64,000 nt of DNA, from assembly GCA_964594075.1 (NCBI GenBank), contig CAZQKW010000011.1, positions 1,480-65,479 on the forward strand, written 5' to 3'. How positions within the stretch are numbered: the first letter of the stretch is position 1; every line of letters begins with the position of its first letter. Shown piece after piece: positions 20,605 to 30,481 of this stretch. The notes beneath the pieces are model-generated. The model did not search any database. It was given only the letters and a program-made list of their open reading frames with translations, and had not been told where the DNA came from. The stretch is from an uncultured Thermodesulfobacteriota bacterium (GTDB lineage Bacteria > Desulfobacterota > WTBG01 > CAIYCZ01). The position numbers and the translations under genes were made by a program.

Positions 20605-21108
20605 TCAGTTCCACCGCCCATGAGCCCAGTGCCGCAACACAATTCTTCCCGAGGCGTGCATACCCACGGCAAAGGTTTCTCCCTTATCGTTTTGCACATA
20701 AACATAGCCCGCATTGCTGCAAATTCCCTGATTGTTTATGGATGTGCTATTTTCGGAAAATGAGATGCCATTGGAAGGAATACCCTCTGCGGGGTTTGCG
20801 CTGAGCGTTGCACTGCCGTGGCCAAATGAAAGTCCGTTTTCAAGGCGAATTGGTGCGCCGTTATTAATTGCGTCAATTGAATAGCTGTTGTTATTACTAT
20901 CAAATCTTATATTAACGCTGGTATTATGTTTTACTGCCAGAGAGCGGGCTTTGCGCAGGTTTGAGCATAAATCTACCGAAGTATTTTTTAATTTATAAGA
21001 TGAAACCGAGGTTACAAAATTTGGCACCGCAATGACCCCTAAAATGCCAATGATGCTGATCACGATCATGAGTTCAGTTAGTGAATAGCCTTTTTGCTTT
21101 TTATTCAT
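20605..21108 (-). CDS. fimT: type IV minor pilin of the FimT/FimU (GspH-domain) type
   Basis: MNKKQKG|YSLTELMIVISIIGILGVIAVP and LRKARSLAV (GspH-like). First gene of the operon. Confidence 0.6.
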   Translation of the reverse strand: MNKKQKGYSLTELMIVISIIGILGVIAVPNFVTSVSSYKLKNTSVDLCSNLRKARSLAVKHNTSVNIRFDSNNNSYSIDAINNGAPIRLENGLSFGHGSATLSANPAEGIPSNGISFSENSTSINNQGICSNAGYVYVQNDKGETFAVGMHASGRIVLRHWAHGRWN

Positions 21109-21680
21109 AGAATATTTCCATCCTCTCTGGTTTTTGCCTTTTGACTATTCGCACAAACCATTCCAATAAATCTTGGGTTGGGTAATTATTTGTCAGTAGA
21201 AATTAACCTTTTGAATTTTCTTAATAAATTAAATCATCTGGCAATTCTTCAACAGGTTATCTCTATTCTGAGGTATGTGGGATTTATTAAATAATTTTAT
21301 AGTTGGTCTATTATTTTATACGGTTGGAATTAATGGATCAAAAAACTGCAAGGTTCGGTAAAAAGGCGGGTATGACTGTTTTGATAACCGCGGGGTTTTC
21401 AAAATTTTATTTTGCCGCGCAGGATAGAATAGAGAACGCTTGGATCGCAAAGGGTTTCAGGACAGGAGAAGCGCACACCTCTTGTAATAATGTTATCAAG
21501 TCAACAAAATATTGAAATGTGCTTTAACCAATAAATAATCAGCGAAAAAATACCTTTTCAATGAGCTGCGTCACAAAATAAAAATTTTTTTGTGGCATAC
21601 TGTGATTAGCTTCACATAATCCCCCCATTATGTGGGCCGGGGTTGCGGCAGAACTGCCGCCCCACCCCCTTTCTGTAGCC

Positions 21681-21714
21681 CGGGGAGTGGCTCTTGCCAC
21701 TCCCCGTTTTTTTA
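21681..21714 (+). terminator. strong plus-strand intrinsic-terminator-like hairpin (11-bp GC stem, T7 tail) with no upstream plus-strand gene
   Basis: cggggagtggc-TCTT-gccactccccg followed by TTTTTTT. Two further hairpins precede it at 21616-21634 and 21645-21660. Confidence 0.5.
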
Positions 21715-21897
21715 TGGTATGGAAATTGGCATTGCGTTTATTTTTTACTCGGCTGCCGATGATCGGAGCGAATATGAGCTCACAGTAAGGGTTATGGGAA
21801 TTGATGGATCAACAATAGGAAGCATTATCGAAATAAAAACGTCTGGCATTGTCAAATATTCCCTGGATTGAAAGAGAACTTGAATAATTGGAAATTA

Positions 21898-24800
21898 TCA
21901 GCGCCGTTCTTTCCAGTAAACCGCCCCGCTTTTTACCCGGTGCGGAGGGATAATATTCACCGTTATAATCTCCCCGGTACTTTTCTGAAGAAACGCCGTT
22001 GCGCCATCCTGCTTGCCCGCATAAATAGAGACGCCTGCGGTTAAACCACTGCCATAATCGCTCTTCTCATTAACATAAGCCCCCGGGTTGTTTTTCCTAC
22101 TGCCCAGAACCTCCCTGCTAAACGCCGTTCCCGTCACATAGTACAACCCATATAGAGAACTGCTGCCACTGGCACTGCACACATCCGCGGCTGGCGCAAA
22201 TGCCGGGAAAAAGACCACTCCGCCAACTAAAGCCGGTTTCTGCAACGCCCGCTCCGACGGAGACGTTGCAGCCAAAGTCCGGTACCAGCCGTCTTTTGCT
22301 TGCACTGCCGCTGTCAGTTTATCAAATGTTACTATAGTTGCATCACCCCCGCTTAACACTTCAACAGCCCCGCCAACCTTGACGCGGTATGGATCAGCAT
22401 AAAACAGATCGGTATCGGTCAGCTTGCAGCTCAAGTTTTCTAAATCATTTGCATAGACATGAAAACAGGCTGCTTTTTTGGGAGAAGCAGCGTTATAAAA
22501 GGGGTCTTTGATGCCATAAAGGTAATTGACTTGATTGGCTGCTAAATTTTTAGAATCTTTATCGGTAAATGCCATATACCGGCCGCTTCCCGCATAAATC
22601 CACACCGTATCGCTGCTGTCAACGCTTAATGAAAAGGGGGCGGCGAGCGGCGCCGGTGCGTCAAACAGCACGCTCCATTTCCACCGGGCAGGATTTCGTT
22701 CGTAGGCGGCTTTGCCTCCCTCGGTATAGGTTCCATTAGTTATCGGGATTGTTAGCTTATAGATGGTGCCGCGCCAGCGACCATCCCCATCAGGATACGA
22801 AGCCCCCGCATACACCGCATCAACGCTGTAATTCAGCCCTTTATCCAGCGCAATCGGCGCATTCATCCAGGCATTCTGCTGCAAGGTCTGAAACCAGCCG
22901 GGAAATGCCTCAGATGCCTGTAATGCTCCCGTGCGCAGATCAACAATAAATATGCGGCCGGGGTTTGTACTGGTGCCATCGTAATCGGTGGGACCGGAAG
23001 ACAATACACACAGCCAGGCATCGTGAACTTTGATCACGCATGGTGTTGATGTGGTGAATCCTAAACCATCAAAACTTTTCTCCCACAACAGAACCGGCGG
23101 ACGCGCGGGGTCAGTTATATCAAGAACCGCATAACTGGATGAAAATGTCCTGCTTCCCCCTGGGAATGCATCATTTGCAACGGTAACCGGTTTGCCCCCC
23201 ATATTCATGCCGCAGATCAAGATCGTCCCCCAACCATTGGGGTGCACGGCATCGGCATTAAAAATCTGGGCGTCCACGACTTTTGGTTTTAAATCAACAT
23301 AACTGAGATGGTTATAGGAAGGCATTGCCAGCCATTTTAAATGCGGCAGCACACACTGCGGTATATACGCCCACAGCTCTTCGCCAATCCCGACTGTTAC
23401 CCCTGGGGTAAAACGCTGCTCCGCCGCATCATACCGGCCGGCGCTGAAAGCATGCAGCATGCCGTCGTTTGCCCCCACATACACCACGGTTTCCCGCTGG
23501 CGGTAGGCATCGTAAAATTCCCGATAGCTCGCATCATCATAGAGCAGCCCATATTGTTCAACAGGCTTTGAAATAACGACCGGCGTGGAATGCACAATAT
23601 CGCCCAGCAGCCAAGGATGGGTTTCACCGTCTATCGTAACATCGCGCTTTCTCAGGACCGGATTACCCGTAAACAGCGGCGCATGGTCTGCTGCTCCGCG
23701 AATATAGGCAATAAGATTGCTCGTGCGATCCTGCGGTGTTACACCCAATGCCGAGTAATCGCTGCCTGTGCCCAGTGCAAGATAGGGCTGCAGCACAGCG
23801 GCATTTGGGGTGTTGAACTCGATGAGCCGGTCGGTGCAGGTAAATATTCTTCGGTCCTCAGGTGCGCGCGCCCACAATTTTTTGCCGCCTTCCCATAGTG
23901 GCTCCAGTTCATCCAAAGTCAAAAGTTCTGACGCGCCGCTTTTTTTGTCAGGATTGTTGGCATCTCCTGCATACCGTTTTACCCGAATATCTCCGGACCC
24001 TGCATCCTGAAAAAGCTCAATAATCTTATCCTCGGCGGGATTTAAATGGTAATCATGGACCGTATCTTCGCGCAGGTTGCCATATGAATCAATCCATAAA
24101 GATTGCAGATATCCCGCCCAGGTAATCGTATGGCGGCCGTTTGTATCGGTGAGGTACGGTTTAAAATACGCCTGCAGCAGCATGCCTTCGCCCTTTCCGC
24201 CCGCCGACCACACTGCTGCTGCAGAACCTGAAACGGTCTTTTGCATCATCGCCGCAAATGATTTGTTCAGTTGCTCTTCAAGCCGCAGCATGCTTGAACC
24301 ATAGAAATAATGGTCCGGGGTGCCATCTTTATCGGCATCCCACTCGGTGGGGTCATCGGGAACATTATTGCCATTATGATCCTCAAATGCGCCCCATTTT
24401 GCTGCATACCAGAGTGGATTATGTGGCAGCATTTTTTGTTCAGAACTTCCTGCGGTGAACGATCGAGTGCTGTGCAGCGGCAGAGCGGAGCCGGGATGTT
24501 GCGGCGTATCAAGGAAATAGTTCACGTCCGCCGACTCATCGGTGTCGCGGTCTCGAACGACCAAGTACGTACCGTCTTCCGTTGTTCCCGATATGAGGTA
24601 TCCGAGATGCTGAATCAGGCAGCTACCGGCTGACTCTGAAACGACGCTCATGGTAACAGTGTTTCCGTGCACCTGATATTCATAAAACACAATGGCATCC
24701 ATATCATGGTCAGCACCCTGTTCCATGTCCTCGAAATTGACCCTCAGGCGTCCCCGATCGGCTGTTTTCTGTTCAATGTAAAAATCTGCCACCGTGTTTG

Positions 24801-27207
24801 TGGGTTGAAACGATCCTTCGTCTGGAACGACGCCCAGGCACCCACCAACTGATTTTGCAAAGGGAATTATGGTTACCACGGAGTCCCCAACCGGAATGGC
24901 TAATTGCGGCAGCGAGGACGGCATGCCGGCCGCAATCACCGTTATGTTCTGATCATTCGGGACACGGGAATTCACATCGTTACGATTCCCGTAATATGCA
25001 ACTGCCGCCGTATAAAAACTGCCGTTCCCGGTTGGGGCATCGGGACACAAGCCACGAATGGTGCCCAGTCCGTTTAGCGTTTTTTCCGTGCAGGCACCGT
25101 CAGCCTGCGACCCCGACTGTCCGATTAAATATGATCCGTTTATGCCTTCAGCCGAACCTATGGCATTGGCAAACGTGGCGGCGTTTAATCCGGAAACATC
25201 GCTCGCAAATGATCCAAAGGCAGTGCCGGGAACCGATTCAGAATCATAACTCGGCTTTGCGTCGCTCAAAACCAACAGGAACGGTTTAGCGCAATAATTA
25301 AAACCGTCCTCTTCGTTATAGGGATCCTTCCAGACGGCTTTGGGAAGCCCCAGGGCAGTATCAGCGGCCGTTTCCCGGTAATCAAAATCCGGCGTGGGCA
25401 CGGGTTTGCCTGCAAAGTAACGAACTGCCTCATACATCATCTCAGCCACCGGATTGCCCCAGTTCCCCTGCTCGCCGTCCGCCATCGGCCGGGTGGCAAT
25501 CCACGCCCCCGGCCATCCTGGCTCATACATATAATCATCATAGCGGAAACCATAAATCCGCAGCTTATCAATGGTCTTTATAATTCCGTTCAAGGCTGTA
25601 ACTTGTCCGGTCTGCGGATTAATTTCGTCCCTTAGCGATCCTATATTTTTTCGCAGCACGCCCCCGGAAATGTTTTTTGCAAAGGAGCCGGTCAATAGAC
25701 CAAAATACATTTGTTCGGACTCGCCATATCGCTGCAGCAGACCAACAGGCTTATGCCCACCGGAGGGATATTGTTTGCAATTGGCTTCTGGCATTGCCGA
25801 AACGCCAACCATTACCCGCACGGCATAATCAGTCAAAACAGATGCTTCAATTAACCGCTGCCAGGAAAGACTGTAGCTCCCATTACCATCGGTATTTTGC
25901 TGGCGAAATACCAGCCGGTGGATACCCGCCGTGAGATGTATGGTTCCCGTATGCACCGTGCAACTGCAGGCGGCATGAGCCCCATACCAGCCTGCAATGA
26001 CCGTCCCGTCTATGATAAGTTCCACGGCGTCGCTTCCGTCCACCGCAAATGTGTATATCGCAGTTCTGGGAACCTGCAACTGCCCGTTAAAAATGCTGAG
26101 ATAATTATTTTGCTGGTTTCCGAATGGATTGCCGACGCCGTTAATGTTGATCGCGGCTCCCGAGCCCCGCTTCCGCTCTTCGATAGCAACGGCGGCAACC
26201 AATGCATCATACTCGTCATGATCTGCCGGACACAACGCATATCCCGTCGTATCAAAGGCCGTCACCGTCAATTGTTCAAATGCGGTTCCCGGCACCGGTT
26301 CCCAGATGAGGGAGCGATCATGGGCGCAGTCGGGTCCGGTGGCGCCGTTCAGACAGCGCGTTCCCGCAACCGGCCGTTCAATTGAAACCCATTCCCATAT
26401 CCGATACGTGCTGTTTGTCAATACGCGCAGCAGGGGAGGACCTGCTTCGCTCAGCGACGTGTTAGCAAACAAATGCCGTGTTCCCGGCTCAGGAAAAGAA
26501 AGCGGTGTATATTCACGAATGTCATAGCCGTTGGTTTCTATGCTTTCATATTCCTTCCCCCATGAGTGGGCATCTTGCGGTATAAACGAGCGTTCTAAAA
26601 CGGTTTGGGTTTCGGTGTCTGTTGAACGGTAGCCGCCATACAGAACCTTTCGCAGACAATCAATACGCGACATGGTCAGGTAGTTCAAAAAATCACCGCT
26701 CCAGCGGCCGGGGCAGCGCTTGTCCGGCGTCACCGACACCGGTTCAAACCGGGCAGCGGTGGGACGATACTCATAACAGGTGTGGCAGTCAAAGTATCCG
26801 TAATAATCTATGGCCGGTTTATAACCAATATCCAGTTCGCCGTCGCCATCCAAATCAGTGGCATCATTGTAAGCCTCGTAATACAGGCTGTGGTCTCGTT
26901 CCATCACCAACATTACCAGCGGCGGCACTGCTCCATTAAGAAACAACGGCGGAGGTTCATTCGGCGGGGATTCTGCGGCACGGGCATGACCAGAGGTCTG
27001 GGGCAATATAAGACTCAGCACATTGCATAACCAGACAAACAAAAGTAATTTTACCTGGAAAATTCCTTGCGTTGGTTTGGCGGCACGTAACAACAGCTGG
27101 CCGCTATTAGAAAAGCCGCTTCTGAAACCTGCTTTCATCAAAAACCATATCCCGTTCAAAAGGACACGCATATTTCTCCAGAGCGTTTTTGTGCGTTCGC
27201 CGGTCAC
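21898..27207 (-). CDS. pilY1: second PilY1/PilC-family tip adhesin (1769 aa) with a PA14 domain inserted in the N-terminal half and the C-terminal PilY1 beta-propeller; exact start uncertain
   Basis: VYVGANDGMLHAF, LWAYIPQCVLPHLKWL and Ca-site-like DADKDGTPD. PA14-like block FAVDGSDAVELIIDGTVIAGWYG...GIHRLVFRQQNTDGNGSYSLSW at about residues 300-452. Colinear with pilY1-1 over the C-terminal ~1000 aa. Confidence 0.8.
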   Translation of the reverse strand: MTGERTKTLWRNMRVLLNGIWFLMKAGFRSGFSNSGQLLLRAAKPTQGIFQVKLLLFVWLCNVLSLILPQTSGHARAAESPPNEPPPLFLNGAVPPLVMLVMERDHSLYYEAYNDATDLDGDGELDIGYKPAIDYYGYFDCHTCYEYRPTAARFEPVSVTPDKRCPGRWSGDFLNYLTMSRIDCLRKVLYGGYRSTDTETQTVLERSFIPQDAHSWGKEYESIETNGYDIREYTPLSFPEPGTRHLFANTSLSEAGPPLLRVLTNSTYRIWEWVSIERPVAGTRCLNGATGPDCAHDRSLIWEPVPGTAFEQLTVTAFDTTGYALCPADHDEYDALVAAVAIEERKRGSGAAININGVGNPFGNQQNNYLSIFNGQLQVPRTAIYTFAVDGSDAVELIIDGTVIAGWYGAHAACSCTVHTGTIHLTAGIHRLVFRQQNTDGNGSYSLSWQRLIEASVLTDYAVRVMVGVSAMPEANCKQYPSGGHKPVGLLQRYGESEQMYFGLLTGSFAKNISGGVLRKNIGSLRDEINPQTGQVTALNGIIKTIDKLRIYGFRYDDYMYEPGWPGAWIATRPMADGEQGNWGNPVAEMMYEAVRYFAGKPVPTPDFDYRETAADTALGLPKAVWKDPYNEEDGFNYCAKPFLLVLSDAKPSYDSESVPGTAFGSFASDVSGLNAATFANAIGSAEGINGSYLIGQSGSQADGACTEKTLNGLGTIRGLCPDAPTGNGSFYTAAVAYYGNRNDVNSRVPNDQNITVIAAGMPSSLPQLAIPVGDSVVTIIPFAKSVGGCLGVVPDEGSFQPTNTVADFYIEQKTADRGRLRVNFEDMEQGADHDMDAIVFYEYQVHGNTVTMSVVSESAGSCLIQHLGYLISGTTEDGTYLVVRDRDTDESADVNYFLDTPQHPGSALPLHSTRSFTAGSSEQKMLPHNPLWYAAKWGAFEDHNGNNVPDDPTEWDADKDGTPDHYFYGSSMLRLEEQLNKSFAAMMQKTVSGSAAAVWSAGGKGEGMLLQAYFKPYLTDTNGRHTITWAGYLQSLWIDSYGNLREDTVHDYHLNPAEDKIIELFQDAGSGDIRVKRYAGDANNPDKKSGASELLTLDELEPLWEGGKKLWARAPEDRRIFTCTDRLIEFNTPNAAVLQPYLALGTGSDYSALGVTPQDRTSNLIAYIRGAADHAPLFTGNPVLRKRDVTIDGETHPWLLGDIVHSTPVVISKPVEQYGLLYDDASYREFYDAYRQRETVVYVGANDGMLHAFSAGRYDAAEQRFTPGVTVGIGEELWAYIPQCVLPHLKWLAMPSYNHLSYVDLKPKVVDAQIFNADAVHPNGWGTILICGMNMGGKPVTVANDAFPGGSRTFSSSYAVLDITDPARPPVLLWEKSFDGLGFTTSTPCVIKVHDAWLCVLSSGPTDYDGTSTNPGRIFIVDLRTGALQASEAFPGWFQTLQQNAWMNAPIALDKGLNYSVDAVYAGASYPDGDGRWRGTIYKLTIPITNGTYTEGGKAAYERNPARWKWSVLFDAPAPLAAPFSLSVDSSDTVWIYAGSGRYMAFTDKDSKNLAANQVNYLYGIKDPFYNAASPKKAACFHVYANDLENLSCKLTDTDLFYADPYRVKVGGAVEVLSGGDATIVTFDKLTAAVQAKDGWYRTLAATSPSERALQKPALVGGVVFFPAFAPAADVCSASGSSSLYGLYYVTGTAFSREVLGSRKNNPGAYVNEKSDYGSGLTAGVSIYAGKQDGATAFLQKSTGEIITVNIIPPHRVKSGAVYWKERR

Positions 27208-27250
27208 GCTATTTTTTATTCAACAGCCATTACCATCAACTGCGTAGATC

Positions 27251-27937
27251 TCAGTAAGGAATATACCCGTAGCCCACAATAATTTCTGAAAGGGGCACAG
27301 CGGGATTGATCGTTCCATCGGGCAGACGCAACAACCTGACAAAGCGGTTGTTCCTATTATCCCAGGCAGGCAGCGTCGCAATGCAATCCATATTATAAAT
27401 CACGGTATGCATGCTCACGCCCATGCCTTCACTGGCAGAAGAGAATTCGGCTCCTGCGCCGGAAAGGTGTCGCACCGCTATTTTATCCACGTCAACGTCT
27501 GCATTAAACCGCCCGGCGGCTCTGATCTCAATATCAGGAGAGCGTTCAACAGTATCAAGCTGCTTATTCTTATTCCACCTGCCAGACCCCGCGGGGTAAT
27601 CGTCCCTGCCCTCGAATAAGAATTCTCCATCTTTAATAACTATGGAACCCGGTGCGGGGAAATCAGAGAAATGTTCATTGTCTGCCCAGCTTCCATAGGC
27701 CCCCTGCATTCTGATAACCTCGGCTGCAATCAAATACCCGGCTTCTGCCTGATAGACAGTTTCTTTATGAACCCTTTCATTACCGGCAATGTCAAGTTCA
27801 GTGGTGCTGGTCAGCAATGCCGCAGCGCCAATAGTGCTGCAGATGCTGAGCATAAAAAGGGCGAGCACCAGCACAAACCCGTTCTCACGATCTGTTCTTT
27901 GGAAAACCTGCGGCATGCGCAATGGCGGTTGTCTCAT
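27251..27937 (-). CDS. pilX: type IV pilus minor pilin PilX (copy 2)
   Basis: ...RENG|FVLVLALFMLSICSTIGAAALLTSTTELDIAGNERVHKETVYQAEAGY. Paralog of 18607-19278. Confidence 0.7.
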   Translation of the reverse strand: MRQPPLRMPQVFQRTDRENGFVLVLALFMLSICSTIGAAALLTSTTELDIAGNERVHKETVYQAEAGYLIAAEVIRMQGAYGSWADNEHFSDFPAPGSIVIKDGEFLFEGRDDYPAGSGRWNKNKQLDTVERSPDIEIRAAGRFNADVDVDKIAVRHLSGAGAEFSSASEGMGVSMHTVIYNMDCIATLPAWDNRNNRFVRLLRLPDGTINPAVPLSEIIVGYGYIPY

Positions 27938-27944
27938 ATATCAA

Positions 27945-28469
27945 TTATATAGGGCGCGAAATAACAAAAATTAATGAACTGCTGTTTTGCCCTTCGGCTG
28001 CTTCTATTTTAATCGTGGTGGTGTTTGCAACCGGCGTCTGGGCATCAATATACCAGGTAATGCGGTAGTTTTTTGTCTGGAATTTGGGCAGTTGCGCTTC
28101 AGTAAAAAATTCGCCGGTTGGTGGCCTGAGCCCCAGATCATGCAGCGTTTCGCTGAGTTCCTGCGGATTCGTGCCGGCGATGGGCACAGCGGTAAAACGA
28201 CCTGCCTGCGGCTGCGTGTCCAACGCCGCAAGACAGTCATAGCCGATATACGTATCGCTGTCCGCGCGGTAATTCTGTCTGCTAAAATTAATCAGCCATT
28301 CCATCCACTGTTCTGCAACACCGGTTTTTTCGGTCAGCACTGTGGCGCGGCAGTTGTCGTTGATTGCTTTGAGCTGCATGGCCGCAACGCCCAGCAGACC
28401 GACCGTTAATATCATCACCGCGGTCATGACTTCCGTTATGGTAAATCCGGCTTCCCGATGCAACTGCAT
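27945..28469 (-). CDS. pilV: type IV pilus minor pilin PilV (copy 2)
   Basis: MQLHREAG|FTITEVMTAVMILTVGLLGVAAMQ. Confidence 0.7.
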   Translation of the reverse strand: MQLHREAGFTITEVMTAVMILTVGLLGVAAMQLKAINDNCRATVLTEKTGVAEQWMEWLINFSRQNYRADSDTYIGYDCLAALDTQPQAGRFTAVPIAGTNPQELSETLHDLGLRPPTGEFFTEAQLPKFQTKNYRITWYIDAQTPVANTTTIKIEAAEGQNSSSLIFVISRPI

Positions 28470-28514
28470 TCAGATCTCTCTTACATTCAATGAGCTGCAG
28501 CTCACGAGCCTGAA

Positions 28515-29294
28515 TTATTGCAGGCCCAGATTCCTGCAGGTCACGTTGGTTATTAATAATTTACGCCGATAACCGTCATTGAAAGGTCCCCAGACCTTTT
28601 TGCCCGCCCCGATTTCATGCCCGGGGTTAGATGCGGGAAAATAGACGCGCCTGTCCCTATGCCCGGCGATGACACGCTGCGTCCGCACTAACAAAGAAAC
28701 ATCAACGGCGCGGACATCGCTCGGGTTGGCCGGGTTCAGGGAGGTTGTGCCGTCTGCAAGATAATATAAAAATTCTAACGCTTCCACCTGTTCCGCAACC
28801 GGCTGCAGGCCGCCACTGCCATGTTCTCTTCCCAGGTTGCAGGGAAAACTGTCCGCTTGTCCGTCACGGTTGGCATCACGGCTCAATGCATAGCGAATCT
28901 TTTCTGCATTTTCAATCGTGCCGTTTTCATTTTCATCAACGACATATTTAAATTCTGCAACGCCGCATCGGTTGTCCCGGTGGCGTGCGGCGCCCGCTTG
29001 ACCGGTGGGATCGTATCCTGCCATCTTAATGCCCTGCGCCAGAAAAAACATGCCTGCCCGCAGATTTTGCTGCATGTCGGCAATCTGCTCCTGCGCAACA
29101 TATACATTCTGTTGGTGCTGGTAGGCTGTGTAAAAAGCAGCGGAGGCGATGCCAAAGATAGCAATGGCAATCATTAATTCTATGAGCGTAAACCCGCCAT
29201 GAATCGTCTTGACGCCAGGATCGTGCCTCCCGCCACCGTGTTTCTTGAATCCTCTGATAACCAACTTTCTCTGATCATTTCCATGCAGTCCCAT
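28515..29294 (-). CDS. pilW: type IV pilus minor pilin PilW (copy 2); unusually long N-terminal leader if the ATG at 29294 is used
   Basis: ...KTIHGG|FTLIELMIAIAIFGIASAAFYTAYQHQQ. Paralog of 19851-20555. Overlaps fimT-2 by 20 nt. Confidence 0.65.
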   Translation of the reverse strand: MGLHGNDQRKLVIRGFKKHGGGRHDPGVKTIHGGFTLIELMIAIAIFGIASAAFYTAYQHQQNVYVAQEQIADMQQNLRAGMFFLAQGIKMAGYDPTGQAGAARHRDNRCGVAEFKYVVDENENGTIENAEKIRYALSRDANRDGQADSFPCNLGREHGSGGLQPVAEQVEALEFLYYLADGTTSLNPANPSDVRAVDVSLLVRTQRVIAGHRDRRVYFPASNPGHEIGAGKKVWGPFNDGYRRKLLITNVTCRNLGLQ

Positions 29295-29769
29295 TCCACT
29301 GCCTCATAATAATACTGCCCGACGTCCTGGCGCCTATCGCATACGCCTGCCCCTTGTTGTTCTGAATATAGACATAGCCGCTGGTGCCGCTCACCAGCCC
29401 CTGGGGCGTAAAGGAGACGACATTATTTAAAAAACTGACGCCGTCGGCAGGCGGCGGCTCTCCGGTCGCTGACTGTGCAGCGTTTCCACAGCCAAAAGAA
29501 ATTCCTGCTGCTAATGCGATTAAATCACTGCCGTCAATCAGGTAACAACGATCATTAACTTTAAATGCAACGCTGATGGTGCGGTTCTGTTTGACCGCAC
29601 AGGAGCGCGCTTTTCGCAGGTGTGAACAAATATTCCGCGCGGAACTTTTAAGCCGATAATCGGGAAGGGCAGTGACGATGTTCGGCACTGCGATAAGCCC
29701 CAAAATGCCAATGATGGCCGAAATTATCATCAATTCAGTGAGACTAAAGCCTTTCTGACAGCCGTGCAT
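29275..29769 (-). CDS. fimT: FimT/FimU-type minor pilin (copy 2)
   Basis: MHGCQKG|FSLTELMIISAIIGILGLIAVP and LRKARSCAV. Confidence 0.6.
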   Translation of the reverse strand: MHGCQKGFSLTELMIISAIIGILGLIAVPNIVTALPDYRLKSSARNICSHLRKARSCAVKQNRTISVAFKVNDRCYLIDGSDLIALAAGISFGCGNAAQSATGEPPPADGVSFLNNVVSFTPQGLVSGTSGYVYIQNNKGQAYAIGARTSGSIIMRQWNGTAWK

Positions 29770-30481
29770 TTTTATAAAACCGCTTATAAAGACGTTATAC
29801 GTGTTAGGTGCAATGAACGGTCAAACATTACCCGTTCGCACTGTGCATGTGATCTGGAATTGCCGCGCTTTTCTGCAATCAAAAGGGCAAAAAACTGCTT
29901 ATGGTGCGTGAATACGCGCATCACAAACGGCATCTACGGGACGTTATTTTTAGAGACGAACCTTAGAATAAAACTCAAAAATAGTAAACAAAAAAGAGCA
30001 CAAAAAGTTCGTGGCAGAACTTTTGCAAAATATTTTATTGCCAAGATGACCAAACATCTGGGGTTTTTTCTGCCGCAACAATGTGCTTATCCGCCGGCAG
30101 CGCGAACCCGGAGCCGTGCCAATCCCGGCGTGTTCACGGCACGGAGGGGTGTGTTGGGACAATGAAACCCCGCCAGCCGCTCATTGTGTTAATATTTCTC
30201 CTTATACCAATTGCGTTTTGGCGTTTCTCATGTAGTGTGCCGGCACTTTCAAAATAAATTTTGTGGAATGTCATGAAGTTGTTGGTTGTTGACATGAGTC
30301 TGATTTTTTTTTATTATGCGCCAACAATTTCTCAACGTTTATCGCGATTATTTTTATTCTATTAGTCAAGGGATATTCCCGATACCGTGATTAACCGACA
30401 GACGGCAGAAACCAGAAACACTATCAACGCTTCAACCGGTATCCGCAGTGCAGCAGTTATTCTTTATAGTTACCTGTTGAC

